64,000 nt of DNA from a virus. The translations under genes were made by a program, and so were the position numbers. Within the stretch, counting starts at the first letter, position 1; every line of letters starts with the position of its first letter. The stretch is from the IMG/VR virus record IMGVR_UViG_3300017779_000001; one strand, written 5' to 3'. The notes beneath the pieces are model-generated. The model did not search any database, was not told the DNA's origin, and saw only the letters and a program-made list of their open reading frames with translations. Of this stretch, positions 21,421 through 30,292 are shown one piece after another.

Positions 21421-21756
21421 ATGGCAACAGCAAACTTTACAATCGATTATGGTTTGACAGTTGGTTCATCTGAAGTAATCACATCTAGTGGTAAAGTAGT
21501 GGCAGCTGCAGTATCAACTTTGACAACTGATAATTTAACACAGGGGTCGACAAATCTGTATTTTACAGGTTCACAGTTTAATACATCTTTTGCTTCTAAA
21601 GACACAGACGATTTATCAGAAGGGTCATCAAACCTTTACTTCACAGATACTAGAGCGAGAGGTTCTATATCTTTAGCATCAGGTGAAACCAATTTATCTT
21701 ATAACAGCACAAGTGGTGAACTATCATTACCAACAGTTGATGGAGGTACATTCTAA
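21421..21756 (+). CDS. small fibre-associated protein ending in VDGGTF
   Basis: two NLYFT repeats and C-terminal DGGTF. Confidence 0.65.
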   Translation: MATANFTIDYGLTVGSSEVITSSGKVVAAAVSTLTTDNLTQGSTNLYFTGSQFNTSFASKDTDDLSEGSSNLYFTDTRARGSISLASGETNLSYNSTSGELSLPTVDGGTF

Positions 21757-24059
21757 TGGCAGGTGAAAAGAATTTTAACGTCAAGAATGGTCTATCGGTT
21801 GCTGGAACAGAAGTCATTCAAACAGATGGAACTTATGTAGGTTCCATTTCTGCAACTGCACTTAACGAAAGTGTAGACGATAGAGTTGCAAACCTCTTAC
21901 AAGCAGGAGCTGGTATTGGATTATCATACGATGATGCAAATAACCAATTAACAATCACAGGTAATGTTGGTGATATCACTGGTGTTAACGCAGGTGCTGG
22001 TTTAACAGGTACTGCAACTTCAGGTGATGCAACATTAAACATTGGTGCTGGTACAGGTATTACTGTAAATGCAGATGACATTGCAATCAACTTTAAAGAC
22101 GAAGACAACATGTCTTCAAACAGTGCAATACACGCTGCAACACAACAATCAATTAAAGCATATGTAGATTCCCAAGTATCAAGTAAAGACAACACAGACG
22201 AAATTACAGAAGGAAGTTCAAACCTCTACTATACAAATGAAAGAGTAGATGACAGAGTAAGTTCATTACTTACCGAAGGAAGTGGTATATCATTAACATA
22301 TGATGATACAGCTAACACACTTACAGTTGCAAATACAAACTCTGCAGATATTACAGCAGTAACAGCAGGAAATGGTTTGACTGGTGGTGGAACTTCAGGT
22401 GCAGTGTCACTTGCAGTTCAAGTTGATGACAGTTCATTAGAACTTGCATCAGATACAGTTCAAGTAAAAGCAGGTGGTATCACTAATGATATGTTAGCAG
22501 GTTCTATTGTAAATGGAAAACTTGCAAACAATTCAATATCAGTTAACTCAACTTCCGTATCCCTTGGTGGTTCTGTTACTTTAGACACTGGTGATATTTC
22601 AGAAAATGGAAATCTATACCATACATCAGAAAGAGTTGACGATAGAGTCAATGCATTAATTACTGCTGGTACCAATATAACAACATCATATGATGATGCA
22701 GCTGGTACACTTACAATTAACTCTTCAGGTAAAACACAAGAACAAATAGAAGACATCGTAAATGGTTTAGTAGTTGGTGGAACAAACATCACTTCTACAT
22801 ACGATGATACAAATGGTACACTTACACTTGCTGGTTTATCAAATGGAGATATCAGAGGTTTATTATCTGCAACTGGAGATTTATCATACAACAGTACTAC
22901 AGGTGCATTCTCATTCACAGAAAGAACAAATGCAGAAGTAAGAGGTTTATTCTCAGCAGGTGGTGACTTAGCATACAACAGCACAACAGGTGCATTTAGT
23001 GTAACAAAATTCACAACTGCAAATGCAAGAAGTTCAATTTCAGCAGGTGGTGATTTAGCATACAATTCAAGTACTGGTGTTATCTCATACAGTGAACCTA
23101 CAATGTATGCAGACTCAGATGCAAGAGGAGCTATATCAGTAACAGACTCAGGTGGAGACGGTTCACTTGCATATAATTCTTCTACTGGTGTTATCACATA
23201 CACAGGCCCAAGTGCATCAGAAGTTCGAGCTCATCTAAGTGCTGGAACTGGTGTTGGATTCTCAGGTGGTGCATTTAGTATCGGTCAGGCAGTCGCAACA
23301 AACAGTAATGTAACATTTGCAGATGTAAATGCAAGTGGTGATTTAGTAGTCACAGGTGACTTAACAGTTAATGGGTCAACAGTTACCAACAGTGCATCAA
23401 ATACAACAATCGAAGATGCATTGATTGAACTTGGTTCAGGTAACACAGGTTCAAACTCTAATGACTTAGGTCTTATCCTCGAAAGAGGTTCAACTGGTGA
23501 TAATGTATTCATGGGTTGGGACGAAAGTTCAGATAGAGTTAGATTTGCAACTACAACAGCAACAGGTTCATCCAGTGGTGCATTAACACTTACTAATGCA
23601 AACATACAAGCAGGAAGACTTTACGGTGCTGTTACAGGTAACGTAACTGGTAATGCAGACACAGCTTCTGCATGGGCAGATGCAAGAACTATCTCTTTAG
23701 GTGGTGACCTTACAGGTTCCGTATCTATAGATGGTAGTGCAAACGCAACACTTAATGCAACAGTTGGTTCAAATGCAGTTGCATTAGGTTCAAACACAAC
23801 AGGAAATTACGTATCAGGAATATCAGGAACCTCAAATGAGATTACAATCTCAGGTTCAGGTAGTGAAAATGCAACAGTAACAATAGGTCTACCCGATGAT
23901 GTAACTATCGGTGATGCATTATCAGTTACTGGTAAAGGTACTACAGATTTTACAACAATCGGTAGTTCAGACGGAGCATTTAGAAATACTTTCATACATT
24001 CAGCAGGCCCATCAGGAAGTGATGGACAAGTCGGTGATGTATGGATAACTTACTCATAA
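21756..24059 (+). CDS. tail fibre-like protein
   Basis: KNFNVKNGLSV start; repeated VDDRVxxL..GxxI...YDD and GDLAYNSTTG units; C-terminal GSDGQVGDVWITYS. Confidence 0.75.
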   Translation: MAGEKNFNVKNGLSVAGTEVIQTDGTYVGSISATALNESVDDRVANLLQAGAGIGLSYDDANNQLTITGNVGDITGVNAGAGLTGTATSGDATLNIGAGTGITVNADDIAINFKDEDNMSSNSAIHAATQQSIKAYVDSQVSSKDNTDEITEGSSNLYYTNERVDDRVSSLLTEGSGISLTYDDTANTLTVANTNSADITAVTAGNGLTGGGTSGAVSLAVQVDDSSLELASDTVQVKAGGITNDMLAGSIVNGKLANNSISVNSTSVSLGGSVTLDTGDISENGNLYHTSERVDDRVNALITAGTNITTSYDDAAGTLTINSSGKTQEQIEDIVNGLVVGGTNITSTYDDTNGTLTLAGLSNGDIRGLLSATGDLSYNSTTGAFSFTERTNAEVRGLFSAGGDLAYNSTTGAFSVTKFTTANARSSISAGGDLAYNSSTGVISYSEPTMYADSDARGAISVTDSGGDGSLAYNSSTGVITYTGPSASEVRAHLSAGTGVGFSGGAFSIGQAVATNSNVTFADVNASGDLVVTGDLTVNGSTVTNSASNTTIEDALIELGSGNTGSNSNDLGLILERGSTGDNVFMGWDESSDRVRFATTTATGSSSGALTLTNANIQAGRLYGAVTGNVTGNADTASAWADARTISLGGDLTGSVSIDGSANATLNATVGSNAVALGSNTTGNYVSGISGTSNEITISGSGSENATVTIGLPDDVTIGDALSVTGKGTTDFTTIGSSDGAFRNTFIHSAGPSGSDGQVGDVWITYS

Positions 24060-24073
24060 GAGTTTAATATAAT

Positions 24074-27000
24074 ATGGCGCAACGAATAAAGAACCCTACG
24101 GGGTGGGTAAACACAACAGGAAGCTGGGTAAAAACATCTCCAACTGAATGGTCGGCAGTAGATTCTATCTATTCAAAGACACCTACTGGGTGGGTAAAGT
24201 CATCAGGACAAATGCCAGCTCAAGTAGTTGCAACAAGACCAGCAGTTGGGACAAGACCTTACAACTTCCAACAATCTTATCAATTCACTGTGCAACAGTC
24301 GTATCAGTATCATAATAGGGTACAGGCATCTACACAACAGTCATATCAGTATCATAACAGGGTTCAAACAAGTGTTCAACAAGATTACACTTATCACAAC
24401 CGTGTTCAACAAAATACTCAACAGACATATACCTATCATAATAGAGTACAAAGAAGAAGACCAGTACAACAAGCATATACCTATCATAATAGAGTACCTA
24501 GACGTAGACCAGTACAACAGACTTATAGTTATCACAATCAGGTACCAAGACGTAGACCAGTACAACAGACGTACGTCTATCATAATCAGGTACCAAGACG
24601 TAGACCTACACAACAATCATATCAATACCATAATAGAGTTGGTAGACAACGTGTAGTACAACAGGGTTATACTTATCACAATAGAGGACAAGCTTCTACC
24701 CAACAGACTTACCAGTATCATAACAGAGTTCAAACAAGTACTCAACAACCTTACACTTATCATAATAGGGTACCTAGAAGAAGACCTGTACAACAGTCGT
24801 ATCAGTACCATAATAGAGTACAAAGAAGAAGACCTGTTCAACAGACGTATACCTATCATCATAGAATACCAAGACGTAGACCAGTACAACAGGCATACAC
24901 TTATCACAATAGGATACAAACAAGTACTCAACAGGCATACACTTATCACAATAGGGTACCTAGAAGAAGACCAGTCCAACAGGCATACCAGTACCACAAT
25001 AGGGTGCAGAGAAGAAGACCTGTTCAACAGTCGTATCAGTACCATAATAGAGTACCTAGAAGAAGACCAGTACAACAAGGGTATACTTATCATAATAGAG
25101 GACAAGCATCAACTCAACAGACTTATCAATATCATAACAGAGTTCAAGCTTCTACTCAACAGAGTTACCAGTATCATAATAGGGTTCAGACTAGTGTACA
25201 ACAATCATACCAATACCATAATAGAGTACAGGTAAGTACACAACAGAATTACCAGTACAACAATACTGAATCAAGAAGAAGACCTGTACAACAAAGTTAC
25301 CAGTACAACAATCAAGAGTCTAGAAGAAGACCAGTACAACAGGTATACCAGTATCATAATCAGGTACCTAGAAGAAGACCTGTACAACAGACGTATACCT
25401 ATCATAATCAGGTACCAAGACGTAGACCTGTACAACAAAGTTACCAGTACAATAATCAAGAGACAAGACGTAGACCAGCACAACAGTCTTATACGTATCA
25501 TAATAGACTTCAAGCTAGGTATAGTTACCAACAACCTTATAGTTATCACAATCAGGTACCAAGACGTAGACCTGTGCAACAAGCATACACTTATCATAAT
25601 CAGGTTCCAAGACGTAGACCAGTTCAACAGTCTTATCAGTACAATAATCAAGAGTCAAGACGTAGACCAGTTCAACAGTCTTATCAGTACAATAATCAAG
25701 AGCCAAGACGTAGACCAACACAACAGTCTTATCAGTTTAACCAACCTACACCTAGAAGAAGACCTGTACAACAAACATACCAGTTTAACCAACCTACATC
25801 TAGGACAAGACAGACTACAGTAAGGAATAGCGCACACACAGCTTACATCCATTATGGAAATATCTATGGTGGTGGTGGTGATACATCTGTTATTAAGGTA
25901 GAAACTCCATACGGACAAAGAACTTCCTATATACCATCTTTTGAGTTCTCGGGTTTCCCAATGAATGCTCAGAATACAGGTACTGCAAGTCCATTTGGTT
26001 TTGCAGGAAGACCTGATGGAAAAGGACATGAAAGAGATTCCTTTAGAGGAAACATGATGTTCAGAGGGCCTTCGTTACAAATGTCAGGTACGCAATCACC
26101 ATTCTTTACTGGTAGTGGCCCACAAAACCAATCAACATCACCGAAGAGTTGGCACTATAGAAGTTACTTTGGTGGACAAAGACAGTGGCAGGGTGTGTTA
26201 AGATTTGTTGGTGCGAACATGGAATTTGGTGCTGATTTCGTTGCAGGGCCAGCTGCTCAATCTGTTCAAAGTATACCTAACCCACAGAGACAAGGTTCAA
26301 TACCTATTACAGGACAAGCACCAACTAATTCTCAATATGGTGCAAAAATAACGAGTGGACAGACTGCAACATTTAAATGGTCACAAGATGGTCAGATGCA
26401 GTCACAATCACCCGGCGGTGGAGGTGGAGGATTCCCACTATTTGTCAGAAACAAAGGTGATGTATTCGTTAGAAGTAGAGATTTGTCTCATGTTCACCAA
26501 GTAACTTTCAGTAATAGTGCTGGTGTGACATGGCCTCAAGGTCAGATGAACGAGATGCAACAGCCTGGTCAACAGAACCAACCGTACACTTATCATAATA
26601 GGGTACAAAGACGTAGACCAACACAACAACCGTACACTTATCATAATAGGGTACCTAGAAGAAGACCAGTACAACAGGCATACACTTATCATAATCAGGT
26701 ACCTAGAAGAAGACCTGTGCAACAAGCGTACACTTATCATAATCAGGTACCAAGACGTAGACCTGTACAACAAAGTTACCAGTACAACAATCAAGAGTCT
26801 AGAAGAAGACCAGTACAACAAAGTTACCAGTACAATAATACTGAGACTAGGAGAAGACCTGCTAGGTCAGACTATCGAGTCAACCAACCTACTCCTAGAA
26901 GAAGACCAGTACAACAGACGTATACCTATCATAATAGAATACCGAGACGTAGACCAGTGCAACAATCTTATCAGTACAATAATACTGAGACTAGAAGAAG

Positions 27001-28222
27001 ACCAGTGCAATCGTCTTATCAGTACAATAATACTGAATCTAGAAGAAGACCAGTTCAACAGACGTATACTTATCATAATAGAATACCAAGACGTAGACCT
27101 GTACAACAAAGTTATCAGTATCATAATCAGGTACCTAGAAGAAGACCAACTAGAGTACAAACATTACAGAGGGTGTCAAGACAGAGACCAGCAAGAGTAC
27201 AAGCTTTACAACGTGTATCAAGACGTAGACCAACAAGAGTACAACAGTTGCAACGTGTCTCTAGACAAAGACCAGCAAGAGTACAGGTTAACATTCAAGA
27301 AACAAGAAGAAGACCTGTACAACAAAGTTACCAGTACAATAATATTGTAACTAGACAACGTCCTGTACAACAAGGTTATCAATATAATAATATTGAGTCT
27401 AGAAGAAGACCAGTGCAACAGGGTTATCAATATAATAATACTGAGACTAGAAGAAGACCAACTAGAGTACAGGTGAACCAACCTTCTCCTAGAAGAAGAC
27501 CTGTTCAACAGAGTTATCAGTATAATAGTACTGAGAACAGACAGAGACCAGTACAACAAGGTTATCAGTATAATAATATTGAGACTAGACAACGTCCTGT
27601 ACAACAAGGTTACCAGTATAATAATGTTGAGACTAGAAGAAGACCAGCAAGAGTACAACAGTTGCAACGTGTTTCTAGACAAAGACCTGCTAGAGTTCAG
27701 GTAAATATACAAGAAACTAGAAGAAGACCAGCACAGCAAACTTATCAGTACAATAATATTGTAACTAGACAACGTCCAACACAACAGAATTATCAATATA
27801 ATAATACTGAAAATAGACAGAGACCAGTGCAACAAGGTTACCAGTATAATAATACTGAAAACAGACAAAGACCAGTGCAACAGGGTTATCAATATAATAA
27901 TATTGAGTCTAGAAGAAGACCAGTGCAACAGGGTTATCAATATAATAATATTGAGTCTAGACAAAGACCAGCAAGAGTTCAGGTTCTACAGAATGTAACT
28001 AGACAAAGACCTGCTAGAACACAGGTATTGCAGAGAGTTTCAAGACAGAGACCTACTAGGGTACAGGTATTGCAAAGAGTTTCAAGACAGAGACCAGCAC
28101 AGTCATCCCGTCAGAAGGTTACAGTTGGTATACAACCATATGCATATCAACAACCGTATAGAAATACAGTTCAGAAATGGGATGGTACAACGTCTTGGCC
28201 TGCACAACCAATATCCTCTTAA
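24074..28222 (+). CDS. mirror-repeat (RRRP / YxY[HN]N) protein B, putative long hairpin fibre with central tip domain
   Basis: 1382-aa ORF; two 492-aa repeat arms flank a roughly 260-aa unique domain; Trp-rich N-terminal cap. Confidence 0.7.
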   Translation: MAQRIKNPTGWVNTTGSWVKTSPTEWSAVDSIYSKTPTGWVKSSGQMPAQVVATRPAVGTRPYNFQQSYQFTVQQSYQYHNRVQASTQQSYQYHNRVQTSVQQDYTYHNRVQQNTQQTYTYHNRVQRRRPVQQAYTYHNRVPRRRPVQQTYSYHNQVPRRRPVQQTYVYHNQVPRRRPTQQSYQYHNRVGRQRVVQQGYTYHNRGQASTQQTYQYHNRVQTSTQQPYTYHNRVPRRRPVQQSYQYHNRVQRRRPVQQTYTYHHRIPRRRPVQQAYTYHNRIQTSTQQAYTYHNRVPRRRPVQQAYQYHNRVQRRRPVQQSYQYHNRVPRRRPVQQGYTYHNRGQASTQQTYQYHNRVQASTQQSYQYHNRVQTSVQQSYQYHNRVQVSTQQNYQYNNTESRRRPVQQSYQYNNQESRRRPVQQVYQYHNQVPRRRPVQQTYTYHNQVPRRRPVQQSYQYNNQETRRRPAQQSYTYHNRLQARYSYQQPYSYHNQVPRRRPVQQAYTYHNQVPRRRPVQQSYQYNNQESRRRPVQQSYQYNNQEPRRRPTQQSYQFNQPTPRRRPVQQTYQFNQPTSRTRQTTVRNSAHTAYIHYGNIYGGGGDTSVIKVETPYGQRTSYIPSFEFSGFPMNAQNTGTASPFGFAGRPDGKGHERDSFRGNMMFRGPSLQMSGTQSPFFTGSGPQNQSTSPKSWHYRSYFGGQRQWQGVLRFVGANMEFGADFVAGPAAQSVQSIPNPQRQGSIPITGQAPTNSQYGAKITSGQTATFKWSQDGQMQSQSPGGGGGGFPLFVRNKGDVFVRSRDLSHVHQVTFSNSAGVTWPQGQMNEMQQPGQQNQPYTYHNRVQRRRPTQQPYTYHNRVPRRRPVQQAYTYHNQVPRRRPVQQAYTYHNQVPRRRPVQQSYQYNNQESRRRPVQQSYQYNNTETRRRPARSDYRVNQPTPRRRPVQQTYTYHNRIPRRRPVQQSYQYNNTETRRRPVQSSYQYNNTESRRRPVQQTYTYHNRIPRRRPVQQSYQYHNQVPRRRPTRVQTLQRVSRQRPARVQALQRVSRRRPTRVQQLQRVSRQRPARVQVNIQETRRRPVQQSYQYNNIVTRQRPVQQGYQYNNIESRRRPVQQGYQYNNTETRRRPTRVQVNQPSPRRRPVQQSYQYNSTENRQRPVQQGYQYNNIETRQRPVQQGYQYNNVETRRRPARVQQLQRVSRQRPARVQVNIQETRRRPAQQTYQYNNIVTRQRPTQQNYQYNNTENRQRPVQQGYQYNNTENRQRPVQQGYQYNNIESRRRPVQQGYQYNNIESRQRPARVQVLQNVTRQRPARTQVLQRVSRQRPTRVQVLQRVSRQRPAQSSRQKVTVGIQPYAYQQPYRNTVQKWDGTTSWPAQPISS
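24302..25777 (+). repeat. N-arm coding repeats of protein B (32 units)
   Basis: 10 units of 14 aa and 22 units of 16 aa, anchored on YxY[HN]N. Confidence 0.9.
26609..28084 (+). repeat. C-arm coding repeats of protein B (32 units)
   Basis: 10 units of 14 aa and 22 units of 16 aa, anchored on RxRP; identical total length (1476 nt) to the N arm. Confidence 0.9.
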
Positions 28223-28241
28223 ATAAAAGGACTAAATATTA

Positions 28242-28270
28242 TTGACTAAAACATGATTAGATGTTATAAT
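28242..28270 (+). promoter_or_regulatory. sigma70-like promoter
   Basis: TTGACT-17 nt-TATAAT, 8 nt before the ATG at 28279. Confidence 0.65.
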
Positions 28271-28278
28271 GGAGTATT

Positions 28279-29733
28279 ATGAAGTATATTGATTTACCCG
28301 ACCCAGTGAGTGTGAAAAGTTCTTTCAACGACCATCTTGGTGGATTGAATAAAACAAAACCCAAGAAAGAAGTGATGATTAAAATCAAAGAAAAGTTTGA
28401 TGAAATCTCACGTATATACAAACCTAAAATAGTTTCACTTGGTGACTTGCACAAAAAGTATGGTGTAAGTTACCAAGAAGACTCCTCACATAAAATTAGG
28501 GATTTCTTTCGTGCATTACAAGTTGGAGAAGCAGCTGTTGATGCAGAAGACTTTGAAAGAATAAATGGTGATGAGAACTCTTCTCGTCTCTATCATGCAA
28601 CTAAATTACATTTCTTAATTCAAGATATCCGAGACAAAGGAATTGAATACGGCCCTCAAGGTGTATTGTATTGGCCTCCTACTGCAGATGCAGATGAGAT
28701 TAGATACTTTGTACATCCCGGCACTGGAAGATATTCTGCAATCAAATATTTACAAAAATGGGATACTGAGTGTTTGGTATGGGATGCATATGACGTATGT
28801 TATGACCATAAACCAATGTCTTACTCTGAATGGATAGTTCACACTTTTAAAAATAATCTATATCCCGATATGAATCATGTGTCTTATTGTTGGAATCAAG
28901 GTATCATAGAAGCACACCAAAATAGAGACATGAGAGGTGACTATACTGAAGCAAATGACTACTTACATTATACACTATTCAATGGTGAGATACCAACTAT
29001 ATACGTTGGATATGATGGTAGACATGGTGAAGTTTCAGATGTTTGTATAAAGAGTATACAACATTCTATTGAAAGATACAATAACAAAATGGGAGACTTA
29101 TCAAGTGTTCCGTGGAATGCATTCGTTAATATTAAAAAACTTGACGTTTCAAAGATTCCCGAGTATACTAGAGAGTATGCAAACCAATCAACAGAGTTTA
29201 CGTATAGTAGATTCATGATACCATACTTAGAGAAATATCAAGGTGTCAGTATGTTTGTGGATGATGACTTTATCTTCACAGAAGATATGTTACACTTATT
29301 TTATTCACTAGGACATACTGATTCCGTTGCATGTTTCCATCATGACTTTTCTGATAAAGGTATTACAGAAAAATTAGGTGGAGAAAAGAATGTATGGTAT
29401 CCTAAAAAACTATGGTCAAGTCTTATGATATTTAACAACGGTCATAAGGATTGTAGAAAACTAACACCCGAGGTGGTAAACACACAATCGGGTCAATATC
29501 TACATCAATTTAAATGGACAGATAATGTAGTCAAACTTCAAGACGATTGTTGTTGGACTGAAGGTTACTCTGATGAACCATATAACGTAAAGAAACATAG
29601 AATGATTCATTACACAAATGGGGGCCCATGGATTGAAAACTTCAATGATAGTGTTCAACAAATTGGTAGATATAATTATTATAAAAATCTCGTAGAGATT
29701 GACAACAAAAAGGTGAAAGAAAATGGCAAATAG
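28279..29733 (+). CDS. GT-A glycosyltransferase fused to an N-terminal ParB/Srx-like domain
   Basis: C-half IYVGYD, STEFTYSRFMIPYL, FVDDDF (DxD), KKLWSSLMIFN, HYTNGGPW; N-half LIQDIRDKG...YFVHPGTGRYSA resembles the ParB/Srx core (weaker call). Confidence 0.7.
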   Translation: MKYIDLPDPVSVKSSFNDHLGGLNKTKPKKEVMIKIKEKFDEISRIYKPKIVSLGDLHKKYGVSYQEDSSHKIRDFFRALQVGEAAVDAEDFERINGDENSSRLYHATKLHFLIQDIRDKGIEYGPQGVLYWPPTADADEIRYFVHPGTGRYSAIKYLQKWDTECLVWDAYDVCYDHKPMSYSEWIVHTFKNNLYPDMNHVSYCWNQGIIEAHQNRDMRGDYTEANDYLHYTLFNGEIPTIYVGYDGRHGEVSDVCIKSIQHSIERYNNKMGDLSSVPWNAFVNIKKLDVSKIPEYTREYANQSTEFTYSRFMIPYLEKYQGVSMFVDDDFIFTEDMLHLFYSLGHTDSVACFHHDFSDKGITEKLGGEKNVWYPKKLWSSLMIFNNGHKDCRKLTPEVVNTQSGQYLHQFKWTDNVVKLQDDCCWTEGYSDEPYNVKKHRMIHYTNGGPWIENFNDSVQQIGRYNYYKNLVEIDNKKVKENGK

Positions 29734-30289
29734 AGCTTTAATATATGATGCAACTAATACGTTAGTTATTATCAAAGAAACAGGGTTAAGAATTGTTTAT
29801 CAAAATGTAGACAAACCCGAATTAGGTTTCGAATACGAAGGACTCGTATACGACCAAGATGAATTCAAAATCTTAGAAGTAAATCCATCTAATTGGGATG
29901 CATCGGAAAAACTTCCGTTAACTGATTCAGACAGAGATAAGATTGAAAAATTTATCGATGATGCAGAAGCACCCGATGGTACAAACCTAAACAACCAATA
30001 CATCGATGATTTGTATGATGTTGTTTCAAAAAATGTATATCAATTATGTGTTGAAATGAGAATTGAAAATCTATATGAAGCTACATACATTGGTAGAGAA
30101 GATTCAAATCATCCTTTTAGGTCAGATGCACGAAGAGTGTTAGAATTTGCAGATAGTTCTTACAGTGTACTAGAACAAGTTTGTAGTTCTCTAAGTAGAA
30201 CCCGAGAAGACCAACTTAAAGACTTTGAAGATTATTGTGATGACTTGTTGCAGTTACCACCTGTACAACAATTCCAAGGTCAGCAGTAA
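29723..30289 (+). CDS. hypothetical protein, C-terminus resembles tail fibre assembly proteins
   Basis: IENLYEATYIG...HPFRSDARRVLEFADSSY pattern. Confidence 0.45.
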   Translation: MANRALIYDATNTLVIIKETGLRIVYQNVDKPELGFEYEGLVYDQDEFKILEVNPSNWDASEKLPLTDSDRDKIEKFIDDAEAPDGTNLNNQYIDDLYDVVSKNVYQLCVEMRIENLYEATYIGREDSNHPFRSDARRVLEFADSSYSVLEQVCSSLSRTREDQLKDFEDYCDDLLQLPPVQQFQGQQ

Positions 30290-30292
30290 TGT

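Noticed and set aside
859-23995. Numerous minus-strand ORFs inside structural genes
   Set aside because: Fully nested antisense to well-supported genes, with composition typical of shadow ORFs
24341-27964. Hydrophobic minus-strand ORFs (MSSIMISI..., MSRLNIII...) over the repeat genes
   Set aside because: Shadow frames produced by the repeat's codon content; fragmented, with no promoters or SD
24302-28084. CRISPR array or non-coding tandem repeat
   Set aside because: Units are 42/48 nt, in frame and vary at synonymous positions; there are no constant repeats with unique spacers and no cas genes
24302-28084. DNA-level inverted repeat explaining the mirror symmetry
   Set aside because: The reverse complement of N-arm units (TTGTTGTACAGGTCTTCTTCT...) does not match C-arm units; the symmetry exists only in peptide unit order
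14640-28222. Diversity-generating retroelement acting on the tip domains
   Set aside because: No reverse transcriptase in the window and no template/variable repeat pair differing only at adenines was seen
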